From: Victivallales bacterium
GTDB taxonomy: Bacteria; Verrucomicrobiota; Lentisphaeria; Victivallales; JAADHT01
Direction: 5' to 3'
NCBI GenBank assembly: GCA_016930955.1
Contig: JAFGFR010000211.1
Coordinates: forward strand, 1 to 31,194
Length of the DNA stretch: 31,194 nt
The translations under genes were made by a program, and so were the position numbers. The first letter of the stretch is position 1. The number at the start of each line of letters is the position of its first letter. Shown in pieces: positions 1 to 7,646 of the stretch. The notes below the pieces were generated by a model that saw only the letters and a program-made list of their open reading frames with translations, did no database searches and was not told where the DNA came from.

Positions 1-1508
1 AGCAGTTCAGGCAAAGCGGGGTGATGCACATCTTCGCCATATCCGGTCTGCACGTCGGGATGCTTGCCATGACGCTCTATCTGGTTTTCTGCTGGGTGCC
101 CTTCAGGGTCAGGCATGCGCTGGTGCCTTGTTTTTTGCTGCTCTATGTTTTGAGCACCGGGATGCAGTCGTCCGCGTTGCGGGCGTTTCTGATGATAGGC
201 ATCTGGTCTTTTCACCGATCGAGCCTCCGGTCGGTGTCGGCGTTGAACGCGGTGTTCCTTGCCGCGGTGCTGGTGTTGCTTTTCAATCCCTCGAGCTATC
301 TGGGCGCGGGTTTCCAGTATTCTTTCACTGTGGCGGGTTTTCTGGTGCTTTCTTGGAAGTCTTTGGACGGCTGGGTCAGGTGTCTGAACGAGAGACGGAT
401 GTGGATACCCGAACTTCCCGGGGTGTTCGGGTATCATTCGACGAGGCTGCGGGACAACGCGCTGAAGTCGCTGGCTGTCAGTCTTGTTGCGTGGCTTGCT
501 GGGACGGGTCTGAATCTTCTGCACCGCAATCTCTTCATCCCCGGCGCAGTGCTTGCGAACTTCGCGATACTGCCTTTTGTCTGGCTGTTGTTTCCGGTTG
601 CGGGACTGAATATCCTTCTGCTCCCGCTCGGGTATCGTTTTGGGGCCGGGCATGTCCTTGAGCTGCTGCTTAGGCTGATAGACGGTTTGAGTGCTTTGGG
701 CGCGGAGCATGGCGGGGGTCGGTATCTCGTGCCGCCGCCGCCGTGGGCGCTTGTGGTATTCTTCGTGTGCCTGCTGGTTTTTGTCACCGCCTCGTCCAGG
801 CGTGCCTTCATGTCCTCGGGCGTGCTGTTGTTCATCATGCTGGCTTACTGGCATTTTGTTTCCGACATGGCATCAGGGAAAGGTGAGATAGTGATGTTCC
901 ATGGGGACGAGAGCCAGGTCCCGTCGTTTGTGTGCATCCCTCCGGGCAGACGGGGTGTTTCGGTGGTGAACGTCGGTTCGCCGGGCAGGGCACGGAGCAT
1001 ATTGGCCTATCTTGGCGCGAAGGGAGCGAATTCGGTGGACATGCTGTATTTCACCGGGGCATCGAAGGATGTCTGCAACGGGTCTTGGCTGATGTTCTCG
1101 GGGGTGAGAGTGAGTCGTGCGGTGTTCCCGTTGGGATACAGCAGAAGCCGTTATGCGAAACTTGCCTTCAAATCAGCTGTCCGGGATGGAGTGGACATAG
1201 GCTGGCAGCGATCCAGACAGGATGGCAGTATTGAAAAATCTGTTTATTCAGACGCAGTTTTCCGTACGGCAGGCAACACTGGTGGATTTTACTTCTCGGC
1301 CTTCAATCCGACTGCGATTTTCAGCGCTTCGGTCGCCGAAGATGTCAACGGCGAGAAGCTGGTCGAGACGACATCCCCGGAAGGGAAAAAACTTTTCCGG
1401 TTGACGAACACCAACACCGAAGACATGATTTACTGTCTTGAGCCTACATCTGGGCGGTTTTCAATCCTTCAAACAGAATTTGTGCCACTTCGGCCGGTTC
1501 GACCCTGA
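1..1508 (+). CDS. comEC: ComEC/Rec2 family competence protein, 5'-partial (Competence domain plus degenerate C-terminal metallo-beta-lactamase-like region)
   Basis: HIFAISGLHVG and SALRAFLM motifs, LLFNPSSYLGAGFQYSF, many TM helices. The frame is open from the window edge (QFRQSGVMH...), so the true start lies upstream. Confidence 0.85.
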   Translation, partial: QFRQSGVMHIFAISGLHVGMLAMTLYLVFCWVPFRVRHALVPCFLLLYVLSTGMQSSALRAFLMIGIWSFHRSSLRSVSALNAVFLAAVLVLLFNPSSYLGAGFQYSFTVAGFLVLSWKSLDGWVRCLNERRMWIPELPGVFGYHSTRLRDNALKSLAVSLVAWLAGTGLNLLHRNLFIPGAVLANFAILPFVWLLFPVAGLNILLLPLGYRFGAGHVLELLLRLIDGLSALGAEHGGGRYLVPPPPWALVVFFVCLLVFVTASSRRAFMSSGVLLFIMLAYWHFVSDMASGKGEIVMFHGDESQVPSFVCIPPGRRGVSVVNVGSPGRARSILAYLGAKGANSVDMLYFTGASKDVCNGSWLMFSGVRVSRAVFPLGYSRSRYAKLAFKSAVRDGVDIGWQRSRQDGSIEKSVYSDAVFRTAGNTGGFYFSAFNPTAIFSASVAEDVNGEKLVETTSPEGKKLFRLTNTNTEDMIYCLEPTSGRFSILQTEFVPLRPVRP

Positions 1509-1923
1509 AAAACGCCCCTTTGCCCTCGAAGAATCCGTGGGTCTCAATCATATGGATATTCAGGTCGGTCCAGACAAGCTGCTTTCCGATGTCCATGCGT
1601 TCGGCGATGGTGATGCGTTTTCCATAGGCACCTTGATGCGGCCACGGACATACAAGGCTGCCCTTGAAGTCTTCACTTTTGACGCGCAGTTTCCCTGGCT
1701 CGGCTTCGATCCAGCCGCCAAGGCGGGGTATGGCCAGTTCCGTCAGTTCCCGCATCCTCGCGGCAACCCGAGCGGCAGTCAGCCCGAGTTTTTCCAGTCG
1801 GGAGCAGTCATCATCGACGACTTCCGCGGGATGCCGTGTATCGGTTCCCATGAACCCCCCGGCGACCAGTTTGGTCGAGCGAAGAATTTCTTCGAGTTTT
1901 TTTTCTTGTGGCGACTGTTTCAT
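1444..1923 (-). CDS. Uncharacterised 159-aa soluble protein, last gene of the Nqr/Rnf-like operon
   Basis: Starts 15 bp after the nqrF stop on the same strand; protein-like composition with CPWPH and HGFFEGKG motifs. Confidence 0.75.
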   Translation of the reverse strand: MKQSPQEKKLEEILRSTKLVAGGFMGTDTRHPAEVVDDDCSRLEKLGLTAARVAARMRELTELAIPRLGGWIEAEPGKLRVKSEDFKGSLVCPWPHQGAYGKRITIAERMDIGKQLVWTDLNIHMIETHGFFEGKGAFFRVEPAEVAQILFEGLKTAQM

Positions 1924-1938
1924 TTGGCATTCTCTGAT

Positions 1939-3051
1939 TTACGCGAATTTATCGAAATAGATTTTATCTTCTGGCATCCCCAGCGCGACAAAGACTTTGA
2001 TCGCGGCATCGATCATGCCGGGGCTGCCGCACAGGTAGCCTTCGTAGCCGTCCAGGCTGTCAAATTGCCGCTGGACCGCCTCGGTCACCAGGCCCGTTTC
2101 ACCGTCCCAGCTTTCGTCATCTTCTGGACTAGCCACGACCGGGGTAAAATCGAATCCCTCCAGGGCATCCTCGAAGGCTTCCATTTCGTCCGCCATGCAG
2201 AGGTCTTTGACTGCATTGCCGCCGAAGAAGTATTTGATCTGTCGGTTGATATGATTGTTCTGCATGTGATGCAGTATCGACACAAACGGCGCCATGCCGC
2301 TACCGCCGGCAACGAACACCATCGGCGCATCCGTGTCACTCAAGTGGAAATCGCCGTAGGGTCCGTTCATTCGGACGGGGTCGCCCTCTTTGAGGAAGTC
2401 AAAGCACCAGGTCGTGCAGATACCGTTGGGCACGCGGCGAATGATCAAGTCGACAATATTGTCGGCACTCGGGTCGGAGGCAATCGAGTAGGCCCGATAA
2501 ACCTCCTCGCTGTTGTCTTGGTATTGGGGGCACAGCAGCTGGAGGTACTGGCCGGCGGTGAATTTGATGACTGGCGGATCCTTGAGATCAAAACGAAACC
2601 GCTTCATGTCATACGTCAAGTCCTTGATCTCGGCACAGACTGCATGAAACTCTTTGACATTGAACAATTCATCGGGAATTTCGATCGCGATATTGTTGCG
2701 CACTTTGACCTGACAAGACAGGCGGATATTGTCGGCTTGTTCTTTTTTGGTCAAAAACGGGGTTTCGGTTGCCAGTACGGGCCCGGCACCATCAATCACC
2801 TTGACCTTGCAGACACCGCAGGTCCCGCGTCCACCGCAGGCACTGGGAATAAATATCTTTTCCTCCCGCAGAACCGTCAGCAACGATTCCCCGCCCTGGA
2901 CGTTCAGTTCTTTTTCATCGTTGACGATGATTTTACAGGGGCCGTAGTTGACGACGTATTTTTCACAGAACACCAAAATGGCAGCCAATGCAGCGCCGAT
3001 TGAACTGATAATTAATATGATAAATGCAAACTCTAGAATCGCCTGGAACAT
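1939..3051 (-). CDS. nqrF: NqrF-like NADH:acceptor oxidoreductase subunit (N-terminal TM anchor, 2Fe-2S, FAD- and NAD-binding domains)
   Basis: IPSACGGRGTCGVCKV...RLSCQ 2Fe-2S motif, RAYSIAS FAD motif, GPYG, AGGSGMAP, YLCGSPGM, C-terminal DKFA; TGATG overlap with the upstream gene. Confidence 0.9.
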   Translation of the reverse strand: MFQAILEFAFIILIISSIGAALAAILVFCEKYVVNYGPCKIIVNDEKELNVQGGESLLTVLREEKIFIPSACGGRGTCGVCKVKVIDGAGPVLATETPFLTKKEQADNIRLSCQVKVRNNIAIEIPDELFNVKEFHAVCAEIKDLTYDMKRFRFDLKDPPVIKFTAGQYLQLLCPQYQDNSEEVYRAYSIASDPSADNIVDLIIRRVPNGICTTWCFDFLKEGDPVRMNGPYGDFHLSDTDAPMVFVAGGSGMAPFVSILHHMQNNHINRQIKYFFGGNAVKDLCMADEMEAFEDALEGFDFTPVVASPEDDESWDGETGLVTEAVQRQFDSLDGYEGYLCGSPGMIDAAIKVFVALGMPEDKIYFDKFA

Positions 3052-3650
3052 CAGTTCAACACCCCTGTAAACCCGATAAATGCCAGAGCCATCAATCCAG
3101 CGATGATCAGAGTGATGCCGGGCCCGCGCAGTCCTTCCGGGATGCGGGATTCGTTAAGCCGTTGACGGATGCCGGCCATCGCAATGATAGCCAGGAACCA
3201 GCCGACACCGGCACCGAAACCCCAGCCGATGGTGACAATGAACGAGTATTCGCGGATCACCATAAACAGCGACGCACCCAGAATCGCGCAGTTGACCGTA
3301 ATCAACGGCAGGAAGATACCGAGGCTCTGATAGAGCTTGGGTGAGTAGCGGTCAATGACCATCTCAACGAACTGCACGAACGCGGCGATGATGATAATGA
3401 ACAGGATAAAGCGGAAGAACTCCAGTTCCAGCGGCACCAGCACATAACGATAAGCCAGCCAGTTAAGCAGCGTCGTACAGGTCATCACGAAGATGACCGC
3501 CCCCCCGAGTCCGGATGCGGTTTTGACCTCGCGCGAGACGCTGGTGAACGGGCACATGCCCAAAAATGTGGTCAGCAGGATATTTTGTGTAAAAATGGCC
3601 GCGAAGCAGGTAACCATCGCCAGCCAGACTTCTGCGCCGACAGCGTTCAT
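3051..3650 (-). CDS. nqrE: NqrE/RnfA family membrane subunit
   Basis: FLGMCPF, GIFLPLITVNCAILG and GFGAGVGW motifs. Start reassigned to MNAVG (3650), which overlaps the upstream stop as ATGA. Confidence 0.88.
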   Translation of the reverse strand: MNAVGAEVWLAMVTCFAAIFTQNILLTTFLGMCPFTSVSREVKTASGLGGAVIFVMTCTTLLNWLAYRYVLVPLELEFFRFILFIIIIAAFVQFVEMVIDRYSPKLYQSLGIFLPLITVNCAILGASLFMVIREYSFIVTIGWGFGAGVGWFLAIIAMAGIRQRLNESRIPEGLRGPGITLIIAGLMALAFIGFTGVLN

Positions 3651-4267
3651 GATTTCGTTTCCCTCATTTTGATCGAGCGGCACAGCCAGATGATGGACGC
3701 CAGCGCGAAAAACGCACCCGGCGGCATGACCATGATGATCCAGTTGTCCCAATATGCCGTTGAAAAGTACGGCATATTATAGCCAAGCAGACTCCCCATG
3801 CCGAATAATTCACGGAAAACTGAAATAGCCAGCAGGACAAATGAATAACCCATCCCGCTGAAGAGCCCGTCAATGAACGCCGGCCGCATGGGATTGGCGC
3901 CAGCGAATGCCTCACAGCGACCCATGATGATGCAATTGGTGATGATAAGACCGACAAAGGGGCCGAGATTACGGCTCATCTGAGGCCAGTAAGCCTTGAG
4001 CATCAAATCGACGATTATCACATAAAAGGCTATGACCAGCGTTTGGACCATCATGCGGATATTTTTGGGTGTCCAGTCTCGCAAAAGCGAGACCGTCATG
4101 CAACTCATGGCCGTCACCAGCGTCAGCGACACACACATCACCAGCGTATTGAGTACGACATTGGTTACCGCCAGCGTGCTGCAGATGCCCAATACCTGAC
4201 GGAAAATGGGGTTGTCACGCCAGAGGCCGTCCAGCATAATTTGCCTTGTGGGTTTGGCAGGGCTCAT
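3647..4267 (-). CDS. nqrD: NqrD/RnfE family membrane subunit
   Basis: DNPIFRQVLGICSTLAVT, GLIITNCIIMGRCEAFA and MPPGAFF motifs; ATGA coupling at both ends. Confidence 0.9.
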   Translation of the reverse strand: MSPAKPTRQIMLDGLWRDNPIFRQVLGICSTLAVTNVVLNTLVMCVSLTLVTAMSCMTVSLLRDWTPKNIRMMVQTLVIAFYVIIVDLMLKAYWPQMSRNLGPFVGLIITNCIIMGRCEAFAGANPMRPAFIDGLFSGMGYSFVLLAISVFRELFGMGSLLGYNMPYFSTAYWDNWIIMVMPPGAFFALASIIWLCRSIKMRETKS

Positions 4268-4875
4268 GGCGTGATCTCCTTAGCCTGCATCGCATCCAGC
4301 CATGCCCGAATATCCCGGTTCATCAGTGCCTCTAGGCGAATGCTGGTCTGTGTTGCGCCGGTGACGGCGTGGACTTTATTGTCATCAAGTGTCCGAGCCG
4401 CCGGCACGATGCCGATGGGTTCGTCGCTGTACTCAATTTTTTTATCGATAAATTGCCGGCGAAATTCATCCTCGTCAATCCGTGCGCCCAGGCCGGGGGT
4501 TTCCTTCTGCTCGTAGAAGGCTACTCCTCTAATGGTTTGGCAGTCGGCGGCAATTCCGATGATGCCCCGGATCTTATCCCAAAAGCCCTGTCCTTCAAAT
4601 GGGACGGCATAGCCGGCAAGCTGACCGTCTTTTTTATAGCGATACGCGCCGATGCGGTCGTCCTTTTCAAATCGTTCAGTGAAGATATCATGGATCTGCC
4701 GGTTGTCCTGATATTGGATTTCCGGGAAGGCCTGCACCACGGCCCGTTCGAAACCAAGCTGTTCGTTGACTTCGACCCGATGACGCGTAAGCTGTGCCAG
4801 CCCGATCAGTATCGAACTGAAGAATGCCGTGATCACAAACATATAGATGATCGGATAGTATGGCTTGTCTTTCAT
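4264..4875 (-). CDS. nqrC: NqrC/RnfG family FMN-binding subunit
   Basis: N-terminal TM helix, GQGFWDKIRG, QKETPGLG, and VTGATQTS (covalent FMN Thr motif). Confidence 0.88.
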   Translation of the reverse strand: MKDKPYYPIIYMFVITAFFSSILIGLAQLTRHRVEVNEQLGFERAVVQAFPEIQYQDNRQIHDIFTERFEKDDRIGAYRYKKDGQLAGYAVPFEGQGFWDKIRGIIGIAADCQTIRGVAFYEQKETPGLGARIDEDEFRRQFIDKKIEYSDEPIGIVPAARTLDDNKVHAVTGATQTSIRLEALMNRDIRAWLDAMQAKEITP

Positions 4876-6221
4876 GCGGACACCTCTTTGGGTTTATGCC
4901 TGTCCTTAAACGCATTGATGCCATAATCAATGATCGGCGCGAACATATTGCCCAGAAGAATCGAGAACATCAACCCTCCGTTAAAGATCGAAAAATTACG
5001 AATGACCATGGTAGCGGCAGCAATGAGAATGCCGTAAAAAATCCTTCCCGGCTCCGTCCGTGGAGAACTTACCGGGTCGGTAGCCATAAAGAACGCCCCG
5101 AACAAAAATCCACCGCCTAAAACGGCCGGCCAGGCACCGGGAACCGGCTTGATGCCACACCAGAACAACACTTGGTTCAACGCAGCATAGGTGATTATGA
5201 CGGAAAGGATCGTCGTACGGCTGGCAGTTTTTGTCCAGTATAGATAAACCCCGCCGATCAAGATGAGAACCACGCTGGTAACACCCATGGTCCCACTGAG
5301 GCGCCCCAGGGTCAACGCATTGAAAAGCGTTGATTTGTCAACCTGAATCGTTTCGTAATCGGCAATTTCAAAAGGAATTTCAGCTGAATACACTGTCTTT
5401 TCGGCATCGGGGTCTAATGTCAGATTGCCCGATTTGAGACGGGCCATTGGTGTGGCTCCGGTCGTAACTATTGATCCATCCGCGCGGGTCGCAGTCGTCC
5501 ACTGCGTCAAAGCGCCCATGGGGCCTTCTGCGGCGGGAAGCCATATCCCGGTCAAAGCAACCGGGAAGCAGACATAGACAAAACAGCGCCCTGCCAGTGC
5601 AGGGTTGAAAATATTCCGCCCGAAGCCGCCAAATACTTCTTTGGAAAAGATGACGGCGAATCCCATTCCGACCGCCAGCACATGCCAGCCCACACCGGGC
5701 GGCATCACCAGCGCAAACAGCACGGCTGTCACCAGGACCGCTTCCGAGACCGGTTCTTTCCGGCGGCGGCAAAAAAACCATTCGAGCAAGAAACCCCAGA
5801 GACAGCAAAAAACAATCATCGCCAGAGAACGCCATCCGAAATAATAGACCGACCCAAACACGCAGGGCATCAAAGCAAGCAATACCTTCCTCATCGCCGG
5901 CTGTCGCCGCATGAGGGATTGTTTCTCTTGTGAGCCAGTTTCGAAACTACACGTGGCCGCGCGGCCTGCCATTTTGGATGCGAGGCCACGCCGATGCGGA
6001 AGTGGGCATGCCTGCCTGGTCTGCCCCGACCGATCCGGCGTGGCATTCGCGCCAAAAGAGCTTGCCGCCCAAAGGGTTGAGGCGGAGGCACAGCATACGC
6101 CACGGCGAAATGGCCAGCACAGACAGCTTAAAGTATGCACCAGCCATTTCGCCGCACCGCCTGCCGCGCCTGCGCTCCCAATGCGGTTCACGCGGAGTTT
6201 TGAAACTGGCTCTTGTGCCAT
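4872..6221 (-). CDS. nqrB: NqrB/RnfD family membrane subunit carrying an in-frame 95-codon repeat insertion after codon 3
   Basis: KEVFGGFGRNIFNPALAGR, TTGATP (FMN Thr), FMATDPVSSP and FSILLGNMFAP motifs. GAAGGGA SD-like sequence upstream of ATG 6221. Residues ~4-98 are translated repeat DNA; ATG 5912 is an alternative start. Confidence 0.85.
   Translation of the reverse strand: MAQEPVSKLRVNRIGSAGAAGGAAKWLVHTLSCLCWPFRRGVCCASASTLWAASSFGANATPDRSGQTRQACPLPHRRGLASKMAGRAATCSFETGSQEKQSLMRRQPAMRKVLLALMPCVFGSVYYFGWRSLAMIVFCCLWGFLLEWFFCRRRKEPVSEAVLVTAVLFALVMPPGVGWHVLAVGMGFAVIFSKEVFGGFGRNIFNPALAGRCFVYVCFPVALTGIWLPAAEGPMGALTQWTTATRADGSIVTTGATPMARLKSGNLTLDPDAEKTVYSAEIPFEIADYETIQVDKSTLFNALTLGRLSGTMGVTSVVLILIGGVYLYWTKTASRTTILSVIITYAALNQVLFWCGIKPVPGAWPAVLGGGFLFGAFFMATDPVSSPRTEPGRIFYGILIAAATMVIRNFSIFNGGLMFSILLGNMFAPIIDYGINAFKDRHKPKEVSA
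5932..6212. mobile_element. 281-bp MITE-like element (copy A) with ~19-bp terminal inverted repeats and 4-bp TSD TTGT
   Basis: Left end GAGCCAGTTTCGAAACTAC, right end GGAGTTTTGAAACTGGCTC; TTGT at 5928-5931 and 6213-6216; no transposase. Confidence 0.85.
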
Positions 6222-6304
6222 CTTTTAGAATCCCTTCAAATTATCAGCATCAACACATATAAGACAAAAATAAACCATGAACCTAAATATTAGCACTGTC
6301 ATCT

Positions 6305-6420
6305 GGCCATGGCGGGGCGACATGGCCCTACAACCCCGAATTGTGCCTGCCACGGCATAGCCTTGGCGAAGCCTGGAACCGTGTTGTGATTGCATCCACG
6401 GGTAGTTTTGAGATTTGCCA
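6305..6420. repeat. Degenerate repeat mosaic downstream of fprA: GGCCATG/CATGGCC hairpin, CGCCAAGGCTA REP-like module and a decayed right TIR
   Basis: Hairpin at 6305-6327; CCTGCCACGGCATAGCCTTGGCGAAG at 6346-6371; CCACGGGTAGTTTTGAGATTTGCCA at 6396-6420 matches the end of copy B (CCACGGGTAGTTTTGAAATTGGCTC). Confidence 0.65.
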
Positions 6421-7602
6421 CTACACAATGCCTAAAGTTCTGTGCCTGTCAAGAATATTGTCGGCCAATTCATCCAGAGCTGAATAAGTCTCCTCGGAAG
6501 GCATCCCTTTGGCCAACACCGGCTCGAATGCCTCGCATTTCAGGTTCCCCATGACTGCGGTCAATTGTTCGATCATTTTGCTGCCCCAGCCGTAGGAGCC
6601 GATAATGCCGACGAATTTGGTTTTTGGTCTGAGGGCATTGACCAGTGCGGCACAATAGATTGCCGATGGATGGGCTCCGACCAGAACCGTAGGGGAACCT
6701 AGGACGACAGTCGCCGCGTCGACCAATTCGATCACGATCTCTCCGATGTCGGCCACAGTCAGATTGAACAGCTTGACACCGACGCCACGGCTCATCAACG
6801 CCTCCACGAGATACTCTGCCATCTTGCGGGTACTGTCATGCATGGAGACGTAAGGGATGACGACCATGTTGCTGACCTTATCTTCGTTGATCCAGTCTTT
6901 GTATGCATCCACGATCAGCGCCGGGCGACTATAAACCGGACCATGGCTTGGCGCGATCATCTGGATATCCAGATCTTCAAGTTTTTTCAGATTGCCACGG
7001 ATTGAACCGCGGAACGGCATCATGATCTCTCCATAGTAGCGTCTAGCCGCTTCGAGCACGCGATGTTCGTCATCGACATACAGATTGCTGGCTGCCTGGT
7101 GCGAGCCGAAAAAGTCGCAGGAGAATAGAATATTGTCTTCCGGCAGCCACGTGCTCATCGTTTCCGGCCAGTGCACCCACGGGGTATAGATGAATTGCAG
7201 CGTTTTGTCTCCCAACGACAAGGTTTCACCGTCCTGAACCTCGATGAAACGATCCTCTCCGATATGCAGATGGTCCATCAACATTGATTTGCATTTGGGA
7301 TTCGTGACGATCTTAGCGCCCGGGTACACCCGCAGCATGTCCTGAAGACTGCCGGAATGATCCTGTTCGGCGTGATGACTGATGATGTAGTCGATCTTGT
7401 CAGCGCCAGCCTTGACAAGATGATCGATCAGCATCTCGACCTTGGTCGGGTCGACAGTGTCCAGCAATGCACTTTTCTCACTGCCCTTGATGAAGTAGGC
7501 ATTATAGCTGGTGCCATCCGGCAGCGGAATCAGTTCGTCAAACAGACGCCGATCCCAATCCTGAACGCCGACTTCATAAACATTCTTAACAAGTGTTCTC
7601 AT
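6421..7602 (-). CDS. fprA: FprA-family flavodiiron protein (metallo-beta-lactamase plus flavodoxin domains; O2/NO reductase family)
   Basis: DGTSYNAY, HHAEQDHSGS, HWPET, DFFGSH, APSHG, GSPT and GSYGWG motifs; GAGGTG SD upstream. Confidence 0.92.
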   Translation of the reverse strand: MRTLVKNVYEVGVQDWDRRLFDELIPLPDGTSYNAYFIKGSEKSALLDTVDPTKVEMLIDHLVKAGADKIDYIISHHAEQDHSGSLQDMLRVYPGAKIVTNPKCKSMLMDHLHIGEDRFIEVQDGETLSLGDKTLQFIYTPWVHWPETMSTWLPEDNILFSCDFFGSHQAASNLYVDDEHRVLEAARRYYGEIMMPFRGSIRGNLKKLEDLDIQMIAPSHGPVYSRPALIVDAYKDWINEDKVSNMVVIPYVSMHDSTRKMAEYLVEALMSRGVGVKLFNLTVADIGEIVIELVDAATVVLGSPTVLVGAHPSAIYCAALVNALRPKTKFVGIIGSYGWGSKMIEQLTAVMGNLKCEAFEPVLAKGMPSEETYSALDELADNILDRHRTLGIV

Positions 7603-7614
7603 AATTTCACCTCG

Positions 7615-7634
7615 GAGCCAGTTTCAATTGGCTC
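7615..7634. repeat. Collapsed 20-bp copy of the MITE termini (GAGCCAGTTTCAATTGGCTC)
   Basis: Left-end GAGCCAGTTTCAA is fused directly to right-end TTGGCTC; forms a 7-bp stem GGAGCCA/TGGCTCC at 7614-7635. Confidence 0.65.
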
Positions 7635-7646
7635 CATAAATTGCCT

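Noticed and set aside
1440-1444. GAGCC at the comEC / Nqr-operon junction
   Set aside because: A 5-bp match only, with no continuation of the terminal repeat.
1438-3003. 521-aa plus-strand ORF
   Set aside because: Exact antisense shadow of nqrF and the 159-aa gene; no recognisable motifs.
3651-3752. 34-aa N-terminal extension of nqrE in the ORF track
   Set aside because: Overlaps nqrD; the ATGA coupling at 3647-3650 gives the better start.
5891-6262. Several 66-110-aa ORFs across the element (also 12962-13193, 15244-15450, 28363-28551)
   Set aside because: Translations of repeat DNA (EPVSKL..., NFKTTRG...); GC-rich and stop-poor, with no transposase motifs.
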